Assembly (NCBI RefSeq): GCF_009834535.1
Contig: NC_045696.1
Location: forward strand, 110,238,001 to 110,302,000
DNA from: Camelus ferus
Taxonomy: Eukaryota
Length of the DNA: 64,000 nt
Direction of reading: 5' to 3'
The notes beneath the pieces were generated by a model. That model had not been told where the DNA came from. It saw nothing but the letters and a program-made list of their open reading frames with translations, and searched no databases. A program made the position numbers and the translations under genes. Position 1 is the stretch's first letter. Each line of letters starts with the position of its first letter. Of this stretch, positions 60,742-64,000 are shown piece after piece.

Positions 60742-63700
60742 GATAAGGAATGGAAAAGAAACACTTATTAAGATCAGCTAGTTGCTTGATACTATGATGG
60801 ACATTTTATGTGCAACATTCCATTTAATTTCCCCATCATCACTTTGAGGTAGATAATATTAGCTCCATTTTTAAAAAGAAGAAACACTCTTACAGAGGTA
60901 AGATCCTGCTATCTCAAACTTATTAAGAGGAAGAGGTAGGTTTGATCTCATTCAGCTGATACCAAAGTCCGAAAGCACTTCTCTTTGGCATTAGAATTTA
61001 ATTCAACAGCACTGTACAAAGCACTCCATTGGACTTGGAGCAGCGATAAGGACTTTAAAGGATGCTGGACAGATTCGGTACCTAAAATAGCACCCAACAC
61101 AAAAAAATACCCAATAAAGGTAAGTTAAATGAAATCCTCTACCCTAGAAGGGGTTTCATCATAATGGGTTGATAAAACACACATGGGAATCAGTGCAAGA
61201 GAAATTTCAGATGTCTGATAGCTATTTTAGATGAAACATGCAGGTTTCATTTGTTTTCTTTTTTCTAATAGTAAACATTGCTTAGATATATGCATTGCAT
61301 GGTACCTAGCACATAGTAGGCTTACAATGAACATTGGTTTGTTCAATTAATAAAATAGACCAATTCATCATAAAAATATTTGGAAAATACAGAAATACAG
61401 AGAATAATAATCTTAAATGATCTGTAATCCTACCATTTACACATGCACAGGATTTTAAAACCCACTCCCATCAATTTTTAATTCTATAATTTACATAACA
61501 TAAGAAATTTTTATCTATTTTAATCAGATATTAGATATTAAATAGTTGCCATGGCATGACATATTCTTATTAAAGCATACATTTTTCAGAATTTTTCAAA
61601 AATAATAGCAAGTGATATTAGTATATGTATAAACAGAGATTGCAGTTTCATTTTTATACATATTGGGTTTTTTCCCTCTTTTCGTTCATTTTTTTTGCCT
61701 TCATCCAATTTCCCCCTCTTCTACTTCCTACCTCTGGTAACCACAAACCTGGTATCTTTCTTTATGAGTTTGTTTGTTTGTGAAACACAAATTTTGATAG
61801 CTGCAAATAATTTATTGCATGGGTGCAATTAATTCAATTATCCATCACTTTTTTTACCCTAACCATCTAAGTTGTTTCCAAATTCTTGTTTTCATAAATA
61901 ATACTCTGATAAACTTCCTTGGACCTAGATCTTTGCCTACATCTCTGAATATTTCTTTAGGATAGATTTCTGAAATTGAAATGGCCATGTCAAAATCTAT
62001 GAATGCTGGTAAGGCTGTTGAAACGTATCACCAGTTTGCCCTTCAGAGGCATGGAACCAAGAAATGATCTGGTTAAAATTAGACTTGGATGTGGATATGT
62101 TTAGTATTCCGGAAATTCATTTTAAAATCAACCTGTGAATAGTTAAATCTAGAAAATCCAAGAAGTCATTTAATCGCACCCTCATCTTGAATCTCCAGTC
62201 AACTCCCCGTATCCACCCCAAGCTGGAAATAACCATCCAGTTTTTGAATCCATTGCTCTCATGCTGGAGTCCAAAGATGTACCCCCAAGGAGCTCGTGAA
62301 CCCCTGAATATTATAGGCCAATTGAGTGTGAGTCGGCAAATGTGTGGAGATTTCTTCCTAGAGAAGGTATTCATATCTTTAGCAAATTCTCAAAGGGGTT
62401 TATGACTCAGAAAACACAAAGAACTTTACCTTTATAGGGGATATAAACAACTAGCCATAATCTCAAATTCCCTGTAATTACGGCGGGGGGTGGGAGGATA
62501 GGTTAGGTTTCAAAGAATTTCTGTCTTTGAACCGCAGGCTACATGAAAACTAAAATAAACACGAGCCAGTAATAAAACACACGATTAAACAGTGTGGGCC
62601 CTATTTGGCTATATTTGCTTGCACACAAATTGAAACTTGGACAGCAGATTAGCAAAGTAACCATGTTTTATGACCTTGTGGTCTTTATGAAGCACAGTAC
62701 ATTTGCTCTTCCACTATTGCAGAAAGCATCCTTCTCAAACCAATAATTCAAAGCTACAGGCCTTTTTCTCGTTTTACCTCTAACTCAGACTAATTACAAA
62801 GAAATGAATATTTTATCATCTTTCTTATGATAACCTAAGGCTATTGAATTTTGGAGTCAGAGCCATTATTTAATACCATCATTAATATATACTATTAAAA
62901 TGACTTTCTTCGCCCATAAAAATGCACATGAGTATTTGATAAAATTTTATGATATTTAAACTATGAAATATGATTTCTTCCCAAGAACCAGCCACATTGG
63001 GACCCAATTAAAAAGAGCAAATCCCTTATCGTCACATTGCTTAGGATTTCACACTCTCTTCCTTATGGTTACTTTTTAATTAGTTTGTACCAAAGTTGAA
63101 ACTTGGCCTGGATGCCTTCTTCTCCGTTTGTCTGGGGAAAACCACTCAGCCTCATCTCTGTGCAGTACAATAGTACCCTTGGGTGTTGCACAAAACCACA
63201 AATGTCCTTCAACCAAATGTCAGGGCAATGCATTGTCACGGAGCGTCTTCCTCCCGGTGCTGATGAGAACACTCTGAGGATTAGGCTGCTGTGTCCCACA
63301 TGGAGTGATCTGTTCCACCTTGTGCCTTTAATAAGCCCTCAGCAGCTTGGATAAAGGCAGACAACCTTCTACAAAACAAGAGGAGAGAAATAACAACAAT
63401 TATGCAAGTATATGGAAAAATTTCCCCTTTAAGCCTAGCAAGTCAAATAGCTCAGAGGCATTCATCTATCGCAAAGTGTGCTTCTAAGCCTCATCTGTCA
63501 CGTGAAAGGGCACGTAATTTTGTGGGTGATGGCAACTATACGATCCTATCAGTTTGGGTCCCATTTCATCAGCCATGTTGGTTGCCAATGGAAAACAGTT
63601 TCTTTAGGCTCTTTACCTTCTCTGAGTTGCACACTCTCCCCACCCGCCTCTCCACAGGGTTTCTTCGTAGAGATGCTTTTAAATGATAATGAAGACCGAG

Positions 63701-64000
63701 AAAAAGTCACTTGACCGGTATGTTATTCTAAGGATAAAAAGATTTCTTTAAAGAGAAATACTAGTGGAAGGCTTGTCTACTGTTTCTAATTCACACCCCA
63801 ATCAAAGAGATCTCTTTACTCTTCAACAGAAAAATGATTACACTGATGTGTTTCTGCTTTAACGGTTAGAATTTATTTATTTAGTTTGTGCCCTTTACAA
63901 TGTTAAGCGCTTAATGTACCTTGGGTTATTAAGGCTATTACAACTTCCTTGGGAGATAGATGTTGCTGTGTATTACCAATGAGAGCGCTAAGCCTCTGGG

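Noticed and set aside
1..64000. A novel multi-gene system
   Set aside because: No intact genes, operon-like organisation or unexplained long ORFs. The structure is accounted for by known repeat classes and one pseudogene.

Overview
This is non-coding mammalian genomic DNA, AT-rich and CpG-poor, with no CpG island. It is most likely camelid (alpaca/camel), judged from two Vic-1-type tRNA-derived SINEs and about ten 3' fragments of one lineage-specific L1 family. No intact protein-coding gene, RNA gene or CRISPR array is supportable. The ORF track is noise or L1 ORF2 remnants, apart from three minus-strand ORFs at 47.3-48.2 kb. These belong to a decayed, multiply deleted, intronless copy of CTAGE5 (MIA2), lying in a deep nest of transposons. 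The rest is a mosaic of L1, L2, MIR, MaLR/ERVL/ERV1 solo LTRs and hAT/Tc-mariner MITEs, many with visible target-site duplications (TSDs). Also notable are two independent L1 insertions at the same site of two Tigger1 derivatives, a solo LTR split by about 420 bp of older DNA, a CTCF motif in LTR41, a repeat-poor stretch with a perfect MARE and a 20-bp TCF/LEF palindrome, and perfect and diverged tandem duplications. I found no convincing novel biological system. Repeat family and gene names come from recalled consensus sequences, not database searches, and boundaries of old repeats are approximate.
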